A DNA stretch of 63,696 bases, filler included, from Chiloscyllium plagiosum (GCF_004010195.1; 4 parts of 2 records of this genome joined end to end with filler, not necessarily neighbours in it); one strand, 5' to 3'. Positions 39,501 to 50,565 are shown, counted from the first letter of the whole stretch. Numbers and translations: made by a program. The notes: generated from the sequence alone by a model not told the origin.

Positions 39501-41219
39501 TGTGGCACTCCCTCAGCACTGACCCTCCAACAGTGCAGCACTCCCTCAGCACTCACCCACTGACAGCGTGGCACTCCCTCAGCACTGACCCCCAAACAGT
39601 GTGGCACTGCCTCGGCACTGACCCTCTAACAGTGCAGCATTCCCTCAGTACTGAACCTCCGACAGTGTGGCACTCCCTCAGCACTGACACATTGACAGTG
39701 CGGCACTCCCTCAGTACTGACCCTCTGACAATGTGTCACACCATTAGCACTGACCCTCCAACAGTGCGGCACTCCCTCTATACTGACCCACCGACAGTGT
39801 GGCACTTCCTCAGCAGTGACCCTCCTGAGGTGCAGCACTCGCTCAGTACTGATCCCCGAAAAGAGCCACTCTCCCTCTATACTGACCCTCTGACAGTGCA
39901 GCACTCCCTCAGTACTGACCCGCTGACAGTGTGGCACTCCCTCAGCACTGAGCGTCTGACAGTGTGGCACTCCCTCAGCACTGACCCTCCAACAGTGCAG
40001 CACTCCCTCAGCACTCACCCACTGACAGCGTGGCACTCCCTCAGCACTGACCCCCAAACAGTGTGGCACTGCCTCGGCACTGACCCTCTAACAGTGCAGC
40101 ATTCCCTCAGTACTGAACCTCCGATAGTGCGGCACTCCCTCAGCACTGACCCTCTGACAGTGCGGCACTCCCTCAGCACTGACCCTCCGATAGTGCGGCA
40201 CTCTCACAGCACTGACCCTCCGATAGTGCGGCACTCCCTCAGTACTGACCTTCTGACAATGTGGCACTCCCTCAGTACTGACCCAACGACAGTGTGGCAC
40301 TCCCTCAGCACTGACCCTTTGACAGTGCGACACTCCCTCAGTACTGATCCTCTGACAGTGTGGCACACCCTTAGCACTGACCCTCCGACAGTGTAGCACT
40401 ACCTCAGCACTGACCTCCAAATAGAGCGGCACTCACTCTATACGGACCCACTGACAGTGTGGCACTTCCTCAGCACTGACCCTCCTAAAGTGCAGCACTC
40501 CCTCAGTACTGACCCCCAAAAAGAGCCGCACTCCCTCTATTCTGACCCTCCCACAGTGCAACACACCCTTAGCACTAACTCTCCGACAGTGCGGCACTCC
40601 CTCAGTACTGACCCTCTGACAATGTGGTACACCCTTAGCACTGACCCTCCAACAGTGCGGCACTCCCTCAGTACTGACCCTCCGACAGTGCGGCAGTCCC
40701 TCAGTACTGACCCACCAACAGTGTGGCACTTCCTTAGCACTGACCCTCTGACAGTGTGATTCTCCCTCAGCACTGATCCTCTGACAGTGCAGCACTCCTG
40801 CAGCATTGACTCTCCGACTGTGGCACTCCCTCAGTACTGACCATACGACAGTGTGGCACTCCCTCAGCATTGTCCGTCTGACAATGCGACACTCCCTCAG
40901 CACTGATGCTCTGACAGCGTGGCACTCCCTCAGTACTGACCCTCAGACAGTACGGCACTCCCTCAGCATTGATCCTCCGTGAGTGCGGCACTCCCTCAGC
41001 ATTGACCCTCCACCAGTGCTGCATTCCCTCAGCATTGACCCTCTGACAGTGCGGCACTCCATCAGCACTGAACTTCTGACAGTGTGGCGCTCCCTCTGGA
41101 CTGACCCTCTGCCTCAGAATTAGCTCTGAACCACACAACCACTGATCCAAAGGTGAGCATGTTCCATACACATTCCCATCTGCACCTCCTCACACTCACA
41201 TACACACCCACTGCTTTAC

Positions 41220-41347
41220 CTTTGGAAAGACAACTGATCCCTCTGGAACAGCCCGCAGTGTAACTGTTGAGGTGTCAATATTCCGCAGGTAATCGTAAAA
41301 AGCAGGGTCTGTTGTCGGTGGCAGCACAGTCTGCAGAAAATCGATGT
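41220..41347 (-). CDS. NAPRT: Nicotinate phosphoribosyltransferase, coding exon 2 (128 bp)
   Basis: Acceptor TTTCTGCTTTTTGTCACAG| and donor AAG|GTAAAG. Encodes (D)IDFLQTVLPPTTDPAFYDYLRNIDTSTVTLRAVPEGSVVFPK, matching vertebrate NAPRT (human DVQFLASVLPPDTDPAFFEHLRALDCSEVTVRALPEGSLAFPG, as recalled). Phase 1 joins exon 1 in frame. Confidence 0.93.
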
Positions 41348-42869
41348 CTGTGACAAAAAGCAGAAATACACCCTTACTGAGGTGTGAAACATGTTGCTGA
41401 ATCTTTCCTTCTTGCACTCATCAGGACCCCCTGCAAGAGTGCCACATTTCAAACAATCAGAAGCTTTTGTGCCACAGGAGGAAAGTGAGCTGATTGGTTG
41501 GAAAGTGAAAGTGATTGGCTGAGGTGTTGCCATGGACAAGCTAAGGAAGAGCTCTCGCCTCAAGGATAATTGAACAAAAGGCCTGGACATTACTTGAGAA
41601 CGATGTCCAGGGAATGATTCCCTGCGTCTGAACAGATGTCACTGTGAGACGTTATCCTGGAATTATTTCTTTTGAATTTCCTGTGAGTGGTACCAGAGGC
41701 TGGAAGCACTAATGTCTGACGGTGATCTGAGTGAAGAATTGAAATCACAGACATCCTGAAGTTTGTGTTCCGAGCTGGAGCAGTGCGTGAGGAGCTCATT
41801 CAAGTTCCTTGTCACATTCCAATGAGGAGGAGGCCTCAGGCCTGATCTGTCCTATTCCACCGTTAATGGCCATGCCTTCAGCGGACCAACCTCTGAAACT
41901 CCACCTCTGAACCCCCCAGCCTCTCTCCCTCTTGCTCCTTCTGCAAGACTTCCCTTCCGGTCATTTCATCACATCATTAGAAATATCTCGGAGGAGGAAT
42001 AAACCATTCGGACCTATTGAATCTGTCCCAATGTTCAATAAGATTGAGGTTGACCCACGTGTGGCCTTCGCTCCAATTTTCTGATTGTACTTCCATAACC
42101 TCTGACTACCCTTCTCATTGATTGAAACCCTGTTGAACTCACTGCTGAACTTATTAGGGACCTCGCCTTGACTATTCTCGAGAGGAGAATATCAAAGAGG
42201 TATGCACCTTGAATAGAGGGTCTTTGTCACCTCCATCTTGTGTGGATTTGGGGGTGTGCCATTTCATCTTATCCAGTGCCTCCTCATTCACAATCCCCCG
42301 CAAGATGGATTAACCTCTCTTCTACCCCCTTCCACATCCCACACCCTTCCCCCAGCCAGCTTTGTATCACTGTGACCTTTTGGTGTCAAACCTTGTACAA
42401 TTGTACTCTTGGAAACCCTGAGGGAGGTGTTACCACACTAAAGGCGCTAGGTAAATACAGGCCATCAGAGACGGCAAACATGATGCTGTTTCTCGGGTGG
42501 ACTGCGATAAAGTGAGTGCAGTTGGAGGGGGGAGACACTGGGTTCATTTCTGCTTCCACCATTGGGAGCCATTGGGCCTGTAGAAGCCCTGGGTCCTGGG
42601 CCTTTCCTAAACCATGTGGCTGTAGCAGCTGACCAGGTCAACCTGCTGAGTTAGCACAAGAACAAACTCAAAGTTACATGCAAGCAGCCATTTGTTTTAA
42701 CTGATTGTGGTGATTTTCCAAAAGGGATGAGGGGAGAAGCAAATAAGGATATAAAGTGATAATAAGGAGTGTGAGTGGGTGGCGTGGTGAGTAATACACG
42801 CACCCCATCCCATCCCATCCCCCCCAACAATCAGTAGGATAGATTCCTGGCTGACACACCCAAAAGACA

Positions 42870-44552
42870 GTTAGACATGAAAGCAGAAATTAGGCCATTC
42901 AGCCCAACAAGTCTGTTCCATCATTCAATCATGGCTATAAGTTTCTCAACCCCATTCTCCCGCTTTCTCCCTGTAACCTTTGATCCCCTTAACAATCAAG
43001 AACCTATCTATCTCAGTGTTAAATATCCTCAATGACCCGGCCCCCACAGCCTCCTGTGGTAATGAATCCCACAGATTGCCCACTCTCCGGCTGAAGAAGT
43101 TTCTCCTTCTCTCCGTTCTAAAGGGTCTTCCCTTTACGCTAAGGCTGTGCCCTCGGGTCCTTCTGCTATTGGAAACATCTTCCCAACATCCACTCTGTCC
43201 AGGCCATTCTGTATATTTCAATTAGATCTGCCCTCATCCTTCTAAACTCCACTGAGTATACACCCAGAGTCCTTAAACGTTCCTCATATGTTAAACTTTT
43301 CATTCCTGGGACCATTCTTGTGAACTTCCTCTGAACATGCTCCAGGGTGAATACATCCTTCCTGAAATATGAGACCCAAAACTGCACACAATTCTCCAAA
43401 TGTGGTCTGACCAGAGCCTTCCAGAGGGTCAGAAGTACATCCTGTTTTTATATTCAAATCCTCGCAAAATAAATGTCATCATTGCATTTGCCTTCCTAAC
43501 TAATAATTCAACCTGCAAGTTTATTTGGGAGAATCCTGGACTAGAATTCCCAAGTCTCTTTGCGCTTCAGACTTCTGAACTTTCTCCCCATTTTAGAAAA
43601 TAGTCCATACCTCTTCTTCCTACCAAAGTGCACAACCTCACAGTCTCCCGCATTGTATTCCATTTGTCACTCCTTTTCCCACTCTCCTAACCTGTCTTTT
43701 AGATTAGATTCCCTACAGTGTGGAAACAGGCCCTTCGGCCCAAAAAGTTCACACCGACCCTCCGAAGAGTAACCCACCCAGACCCATTTCCCACTGACTA
43801 CTGTACCTACCACTATGTGGCAATTTAGCATGGCCAAGTCACTCAACCTGCACAACTTTGGACTGTGGGAGGAAACCAGAGCACCCGGAGGAAACCCATG
43901 CAGACACAGGGGGGATGTGCAAACTCCACACTGACAGTCGCCCGAGGCTGGAATCAAACCTGGGATCCTGATGCTGTGAGACAGCAATGCTAACCACTGA
44001 GCCACCATGCATTCTGTAGCCTCCTCACCTCCTCAATACTATCTGTCCCTCCACCTATCTTTGTATTGTCTGCAAACTTCACCAGAATGTCCTCCGTTCC
44101 TTCTCCCGGATCATTAATGGGGAAAGTGAAAAGTTGTGGTCCCAACACTGACCCTTGTGGAACACCACTTGTCACCAGCTGCCATCCTGAGAAGGGCCCT
44201 TTTATCCCCACTCTCTGCTTCCTGCCAGACAGCCAAGCTTCTATCCATGCTGGTACCTTGCCTCTAACACCATTGGCCCTTATCTTACTCAGCAGCCTCC
44301 TGTGTGGCATCTTGTCAAAGGCCTTCTTGAAGTCCAGATCGATAACATGCATTGGCCTCCTAGGTCTAACCTGCTGATTACCACCTCAAAGAATTCTAAC
44401 AGATTTGTCAGGCATGACCTCCCCTTGATGAAACTATGCTGACTTTGCCCTATTTTACCATGCACTTCCAAGTTTTCAGAAATCTCATCCTTCACAATGG
44501 ATTCCAGGATCTTACCCCCAATTGAGGTCAGGCTCATCGGCCTGTAATTTTC
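42870..44552 (-). mobile_element. CR1 LINE RT and 3' end, interrupted by a HE1 SINE
   Basis: ORF fragments [46 protein letters not shown] and LEHVQRKFTRMVPG. Confidence 0.9.
43699..44010 (-). mobile_element. HE1-type SINE
   Basis: Reverse complement of the HE1 head, V-domain and tail. Confidence 0.92.
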
Positions 44553-44702
44553 CAAGTGCAGTGAGGTTAGCACCACTGCGGTGGCTCCTGAATCCAGAAC
44601 ATCATTGTCAGAGACAGGGACACTACCCCATGCATTACCAGAACTCCAACAGTGACAGTGTTCTGCACTGCTTGACATGATGTTGTTTACAGGAGCTAAA
44701 GT

Positions 44703-44990
44703 GATAGAATCATACAGCATGGAAACAGACCCTTTGGCCCAACTCCTCCATGCCGACCCAGATATTCTAAATCAATCTAGTCCCATTTGCCAGCGTTTGG
44801 CCCATATCCCTCTAAACCCTTCCTATTCACGTACTCAACCAGATGCCTTTTAAATACTATAATTGTACCAGCCTCTACCACTACCTCTGGCTGCTCATTC
44901 CATACACGCGCCACCCTCTGCGTGAAAATATTATTCCTTGGGTCTCTTTTAAATCTTTCCCCTCTCACCCTAAACCGATGCATTCCAGTT
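44703..44990 (-). mobile_element. HER1 3' end
   Basis: Same 3' UTR as 1552-1840. Confidence 0.85.
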
Positions 44991-45161
44991 TACACCTCTC
45001 CTCTTTGAGGGGGGTATAATCAATCCTTGTGTCTGAGGATGAGGGGTCCCTATCTACCCCTCCCTCAATCTGTAAAAGGTTACGTCATAAAATACTGGAC
45101 TTTTTTCACTAGAGCATCAGAGGCTGAGGGGTGACCTGACAGGTGTCGACAAAATTATGAG

Positions 45162-45284
45162 CTCTCCACTACCACCTGATGAAGGAGCTAGTGTGCTTCC
45201 AATTAAACCTGTTGGACTATAACCTGGTGTTGTGTGATTTTTAACTTTGTACACCCCAGTCCAACACTGGCATCTCCGAATCAT
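45162..45284 (+). mobile_element. Solo Penelope pLTR (family A) with the hammerhead stem II/GAAA deleted
   Basis: 14-bp TSD GACAAAATTATGAG at 45148-45161 and 45285-45298. It reads CTGATGAAGGAGCTAGTG instead of CTGATGAAGGAGCNNNGCTCCGAAAGCTAGTG. Confidence 0.85.
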
Positions 45285-46700
45285 GACAAAATTATGAGGG
45301 GCATGGATAAGGTGGATAGTCAGAGTTTTTGCCCCAGGGTGAAATGTCAAAAACTACAGGGCAGAGGTTTAAGGTGAGAGCGGGAAAGTATGAAGGACAT
45401 GCGTGAGGCAATTTCGTAACCAGAGGGCAATAGGCACTTAGAACACATTGGTAAAAACAATGACTGCAGATGCTGGAAACCAGATTCCTTGGATGCTGCC
45501 TGAACTGCTGTGCTCTTAGAACACGCTGCCAGGGGAGGTGATCAAAACAGATACAATAGGAACGTCTAAGAGACATTGTGACATACACTTGAACAGGCAG
45601 GGAATAGAGGGATAAGGACCATGTGCGGGCAGATGGGATTAGTCTAAAATGGGTTTGTGGTTGGCAAAGATCACACGCTGTACTGTTCTGTGTGTTCTAT
45701 AAGAGCCCCTCATGTTGGAGGTAGTATATTGGTGTGGATAAAGAATTGGCTTATGGGCAGGGAACAGCGAGTGTGGATAAGGACTTCTTTTTCAGGTTGG
45801 CGGCCTGTGAGCAGTGGGTTCCACAGGGATCAGTGCTGGGACCACCGCTATATACGTTATTCATGACCTGGAGGGAGAAAGCAAGTGGACTGTTTGCAGG
45901 CTACACAAACAGGTGGAGGGGCACAGTTTCCTGAGGGGTAGTGACAGGCTGAGTGGCCAATGGAGTACAGTATGGGAAAATGGAAAGAACTAAAGAAAAG
46001 AGCATTGTTCAAACTGAGAACAACTACAGAAAGCTTCAATGCATCAGGACTTGGGAGGAGCTTGTGCAGAAAGACCAAGCTAGCCCCCAGGGACAGCAGG
46101 TAATCAGGAAGGGTCATGGAATGTTGGCCCTTATTTCAAGGGATTTGGAATATTCGAGTAAGGAAGCCTTACTGCAACTGCACAAGGTGCTGGTGAGACC
46201 ACATCGGGAGCACTGGGAGCAGCTTTAGTCCCTTATTCCAGGAAAAGGAACCATTTCATTCGAGGCAGTTCAGGGAAAGTTCACAAGGAGGATTCCTGGT
46301 GTGGAGGGAGGGAGTGTCTTATGAGCAAAAGCTGAACAGATTGGGACTCGACTCACTGGGGTTCAGAAGGCCATGGAGGAAGCAGTTGCAGATGGTTGGG
46401 CCTAGGACACTATCCTGAGGAACTCCTGCAGAGATACCCTGGAGCTGAGATGACTGACCTCCAATAGCCATGACCATCTCCCTATGTGTCAGGTATGACC
46501 TCAACCAGGAGCGATATTTGCCCCTAATCCCCACTGATGCATATTGCAAACAGTTTTGGAGTCTTTACTTGAGAAAGGATGTCCTGGCACTGGAGGGGGT
46601 GGATTGGAGGTTCACTAGGTTGGTTCCAGAATTGAGAGAGTTGATTTAGGGGGAAAGACTGAGTAGACAGAGTGGTGTTGATAACACCAAGGTCGTGGGT

Positions 46701-46988
46701 AGGGCGGCACGGTGGCTCAGTGGTTAGCACTGTTGCCTCACAGCGCCAGGGACCTGGGTTCGATTCCAGCCTCAGGTGACTGTGTGGAGATTGTACATTC
46801 TCCCTGTGTCTGTGTGGGTTTCCTTCAGGTGCTCCAGTTTCCTCCCACAATCCAAAGATGTACAGGTCAGGTGAATTTGCCATGCTAAATTGCCCATAGT
46901 GTTAGGTGCATTAGTCAGGGGGAAATGGGTCTGGGTGGGAAATTGTTGGACTAAATGGCTTTTTTCCATACTATAGGGAATCTAATCT
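46701..46988 (+). mobile_element. HE1-type SINE
   Basis: Head GGGCGGCACGGTGGCTCAGTGGTTAGC, B-box GGTTCGATTCC and V-domain. Confidence 0.92.
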
Positions 46989-47665
46989 AGACTGGAATTA
47001 TATTCATTTGAATTTAGAAGAATGAGGGGGATCTTATAAAACATATAAAATTGTGAGGTGAAATAGATAAGATGGAAGCAGGGAGATTGTTTCCACTGGA
47101 GGGTGAAACTAGAACTGGGGGGGGGGGGGTGCGGGCACAGCCTCAGAATGAGGGGGAGCAGATATCGGACTGAGTTGAGGAGGAACTTCTTCACCAAAGG
47201 GATGTGAGATTGTGGAATTCCTTGCCGCAGAGATGTGTGGGGGCAGAGTCCTTGTGTCTATAGAAGGCTGAGACAGAGAGGTTCTAGATCAGTCGGGGAA
47301 TCGAGGGTTACAGCGAAAGGGCAAGAAAATGGACATGAGGAATGTTGGATCAGCCGTGCCCCTAATTGAATGGCAGAGCAGGCTTGAAGGGCCAAATGGC
47401 CTCCTCCTGTTCCTAGTTGTTATGGTCTTATCACTCAAGAATCAGTTATTATCATTTTCCTGTTGGTGGGACCAGATACCAACAACAGCAACAACATTGC
47501 CAAACCACTTCACTGGCTGGTACTGCACTTGGAGAGGGTTATGAAAGGTACTATATAAATGCAAGCTATTGCAAGTATCAGAGAAAGTCTACCAGACTGA
47601 TTCCGGTAGTGAGGGGACTGTCCTTTCAGAAGAGAGCCTTTTATTCCCTGAACCTGGACATTAAT

Positions 47666-47977
47666 GGGTGGCACGGTGGCACAGTGGTTAGCACTGTTGC
47701 CTCACAGCACCAGACACCCAGGTTCAATTCCCGCCTCAGGCGACTGTCTGTGTGGAGTTTGCACATTCTCCCCGTGTCTGCGTGGGTTTGCTACGGTTTC
47801 CTCCCACAATCCAAAAATGTTCAGCTTAGGGTGAATTGGCCATGCTAAATTACCCACAGTGTTAGGTGAAGGAGTAAATGTAGGGGAATGGGTCTGGGTG
47901 GGTTGCGCTTCGGCGGGTCGGTGTGGACTTGTTGGGCCGAAGGGCCTGCTTCCACACTGTAAGTAATCTAATCTAAT
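47666..47977 (+). mobile_element. HE1-type SINE
   Basis: Full head, V-domain and (CTAAT)n tail. Confidence 0.92.
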
Positions 47978-48115
47978 TGCTCACTAGCCCAGTCTCTAGT
48001 TGCCCTTGAGTAGGGGGGGTGAAATAACTTCACAGAGGCCAGTATCCCGTTACGAGTCACCCTGTATTTACACATGCAGAGTACTTGACACCAGTCCGGT
48101 TTCCCAGAGCCAGTT

Positions 48116-49078
48116 ATAGAGTCAGAGAGATGTACAGCACGGAATCAGACACTTTGGTCTGACTCGTCCATGCTGACCCGATAGTGTAACCTAATCTAGT
48201 CCCATTCGCCAGCACTTGGCCCATATCCCTTTAAACCCTTCCTATGTATATAGCCATCCAGATGCCTTTTAAATGTTGTCATTGTACCAGCCTCTACCAT
48301 TCCCTCTGGCAGCTCATTCCATAAATGTAGCCCCTTAAGTCTCTTTTGTATCTTTCCCCTCTCACCCTAAACCTATGCCCTCTAGTTCTGGACTACCCAA
48401 CCCCAGGGAAAAGACTTTGTCTATTTATCCTATCCATACCCCTCATGATTTTATTAACCTCTATNNNNNNNNNNNNNNNNNNNNNNNNNNNNNNNNNNNN
48501 NNNNNNNNNNNNNNNNNNNNNNNNNNNNNNNNNNNNNNNNNNNNNNNNNNNNNNNNNNNNNNNNNNNNNNNNNNNNNNNNNNNNNNNNNNNNNNNNNNNN
48601 NNNNNNNNNNNNNNNNNNNNNNNNNNNNNNNNNNNNNNNNNNNNNNNNNCAGCTCCACTTTCAAGGAGCTATGAACCTGCACTCCAAGGTCTCTTTGTTC
48701 AGCAACACTTCCTAGGACCTTACCATTAAGTGTATAAGTCCTGCTAAGATTTGCTTTCCCAAAATGCAGCACCTCGCATTTATCTGAATTAAACTCCATC
48801 TGCCACTTCTCAGCCCATTGGCCCATCTGGTCAAGATCCGGTTGTAATCCGAGGTAACCCTCTTCGCTATCCATTAAATAATTTACCTTCCTCCTTCAGC
48901 TTGTAATTGTAGAGGAACAGCAGACAGTCCTGGAGGCCGGCGAAGATGGTGAACTCACTCTCCCGGGGGCTTTCTCTGAAGTATAACTCAAAGACAGCGC
49001 TGCTCTGCTCTCTCCCACATTTCCAATTTTGGTGTCATCTGCAAATGTACTAACTATACCTCCTATGTTCACATCCAA
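48116..49078 (-). mobile_element. HER1/CR1 LINE, 5'-truncated
   Basis: LDVNIGGIVSTFADDTKIG...DSEEGYLGLQPDLDQMGQWAEKWQMEFNSDKCEVLHFG plus the HER1 3' UTR. Confidence 0.92.
48874..49025 (-). pseudogene. NAPRT: Partial duplicate of NAPRT exon 1 (3' 139 nt of the exon plus 13 nt of intron)
   Basis: 152 bp colinear with 50011-50162, with no indels and 5 substitutions by eye. It keeps the G|GTAAAT donor and lacks the ATG. Confidence 0.92.
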
Positions 49079-49599
49079 AACAGAACCTCTGAGATTCCTG
49101 TTTATATCTGTCAGCCAGGGCTCTCTGAATTGACAAGATCAACAGCCTCGAACAGGGGTCTTATATTCTACACAGGATAGCTGCCTTCTTGAACTGTTGC
49201 AGTCTGTGTACTGTAGGTTGCTGGGAACTCCAGGACTTTGACCCAGTGATAATGAAGGAACGGTGGTATATTTCCATGTCAGGATGGTAAGGAACTTGAC
49301 GGGTGACCTGGAGTGAGGGTGTCTCTGGGAGTAGACCAGAGTATGTTTTCCTGAAATTTAAAAGGATGAGGTGATCCCATTGCTACACACATAATCCTTA
49401 AGCTGGGGTGGGTGGGTGGGTAGTGCAGAACACAGGACCCATTTCAGACTGAGATGAGAAAAAATCTCTTCACTCAGTGAGACGGAATCCGTGGGATCTT
49501 CAGCTATGGAGCATTGTCAATGCAGAGGTTAATTATTTTTAACTCAGTGAATGAAGAGATTGTGTGGGAATCAAAGTAAAAGGACGTCAATGATCTGAC

Positions 49600-49890
49600 T
49601 GAGAGGGGAAAGATTTAAAAGGGACCTAAAGGGCAACATTTTTCACACAGAGGGTGGTACGTGTATAGAATGAGCTGCCAGTGGAAGTGGTGGAGGCTGG
49701 TACAATTACAGCATTTAAAAGGCATCTGAATGGGTACATGAATAGGAAGGGATTAGAAGGATATGGGCCAAGTGCTGGCAAATGAGACTAGGTTGCGTTG
49801 GGATATCTGGTCGGTATGGACCGAGTTGGATGAAGGGTCTGTCTCCGTGCTGTACATCTCCATGACTGTGTAACTCTGTGACTGTGTAAC
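49600..49890 (+). mobile_element. HER1 3' end
   Basis: GAGAGGGGAAAGATTTAAAAGGGACCTAA...GCTGTACATCTCCATGACT. Confidence 0.88.
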
Positions 49891-50023
49891 TGATTGGCAG
49901 AGCAGGCTTGAAAGACTGAATGTACTCTATCTCCAGTTCCTGTGCCTTGCCCTTTGTGAAGTTTATATTCCTCAGCTCTGCCCTCCCAGGAAAGGGTTAC
50001 ATGATGCAATTTAAATGATTTAC

Positions 50024-50231
50024 CTTCCTCCTTCAGCTTGTAATTGGAGAGGAACAGCAGACAGTCCTGGAGGCCGGCGAAGATGGTGAACTCACTCCCC
50101 CGGGGGTTTTCTCTGAAGTATAACTCAAAGACAGCGTTGCTCTGCTCTCTCCCACATTTCCAGTATCCGTAGGCCATAGTGAACTGGTAGAAATCAGTGA
50201 GCAGAGGCTGTGCTGTGTACTCTCGCAGCAT
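50024..50231 (-). CDS. NAPRT: Nicotinate phosphoribosyltransferase, first coding exon (208 bp)
   Basis: ACA-ATG (A at -3) starts [69 protein letters not shown]. It has the NAPRT signatures LLTDxYQxTMA and AxFELxFRxxP...FAGL, and donor GAAG|GTAAAT in phase 1. The start codon choice is inferred. Confidence 0.92.
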
Positions 50232-50565
50232 TGTTCTGGCAGCGTGTGGGCTGAGAGTGAGCAGGATGGGAGCACCACGTGCTGAGCCTGCACTCTCATA
50301 CGGACACAGCCCGATACAGACAAACTGAACGCTACTGACACTGCCAGAGTTCAGTAGGAAACAGCACATAAACTAACTTCCCAGTGAGCCCACACAGAGT
50401 TCTGGCAGCTGCTGTCCTCTTGTGGTTACCCAGGAACGTTATCACTTTGTAAATTCTCTCAGCACAGAACAGCCCCGACAGGTTTTCCATTTTCTGCCCA
50501 AAATCGTGGAGCACTTTCCCTCCTTGTTGAGTAACCATTAGCAACAGAGTAACCATTAGCAACAG

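Larger units (their letters stand above)
27964..41111. repeat. 33-bp satellite array (~13 kb, about 375 units), consensus CCTCCGACAGTGCGGCACTCCCTCAGYACTGAC
   Basis: Direct tandem periodicity, visible as 11-residue TDPPTVRHSLS repeats in the ORF track. The left end is lost in an N gap, and the array is interrupted at 32847-33543. Confidence 0.97.
45090..47430 (+). mobile_element. Cluster of decayed CR1 fragments with nested pLTRs, a second-family LINE piece (about 46385-46540, -) and a HE1 SINE
   Basis: Remnants VPQGSVLGP and GMLALISRDLEYSSKEALLQLHKVLVRPH, plus CR1 3' UTR motifs. Confidence 0.7.
48020..49173 (-). mobile_element. Probable solo LTR (halves at about 48020-48115 and 49080-49173) split by a HER1 insertion
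   Basis: It has TG...CA ends and a minus-strand GATATAAACAGG (TATA-like). It interrupts a second-family LINE tail between ...GGGGTGA and GCTGCCTTCTTGAAC. Confidence 0.4.

Noticed and set aside
27964..41111. CRISPR array (33-bp palindromic repeats)
   Set aside because: The units are directly tandem with no unique spacers, there are no cas genes, and the context is vertebrate.
27983..41171. Long repetitive ORFs (TDPPTVRHSLS and RVSTEGVPHC, up to 664 aa) as a mucin-like protein
   Set aside because: The 33-nt unit lacks stops in several frames. ORFs occur on both strands, frameshift freely and vary mainly by CpG decay.
49788..50369. Single-exon 193-aa ORF as the full protein
   Set aside because: Only 50231-50024 is NAPRT-like. 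The rest reads through the donor into intron and HER1 sequence.
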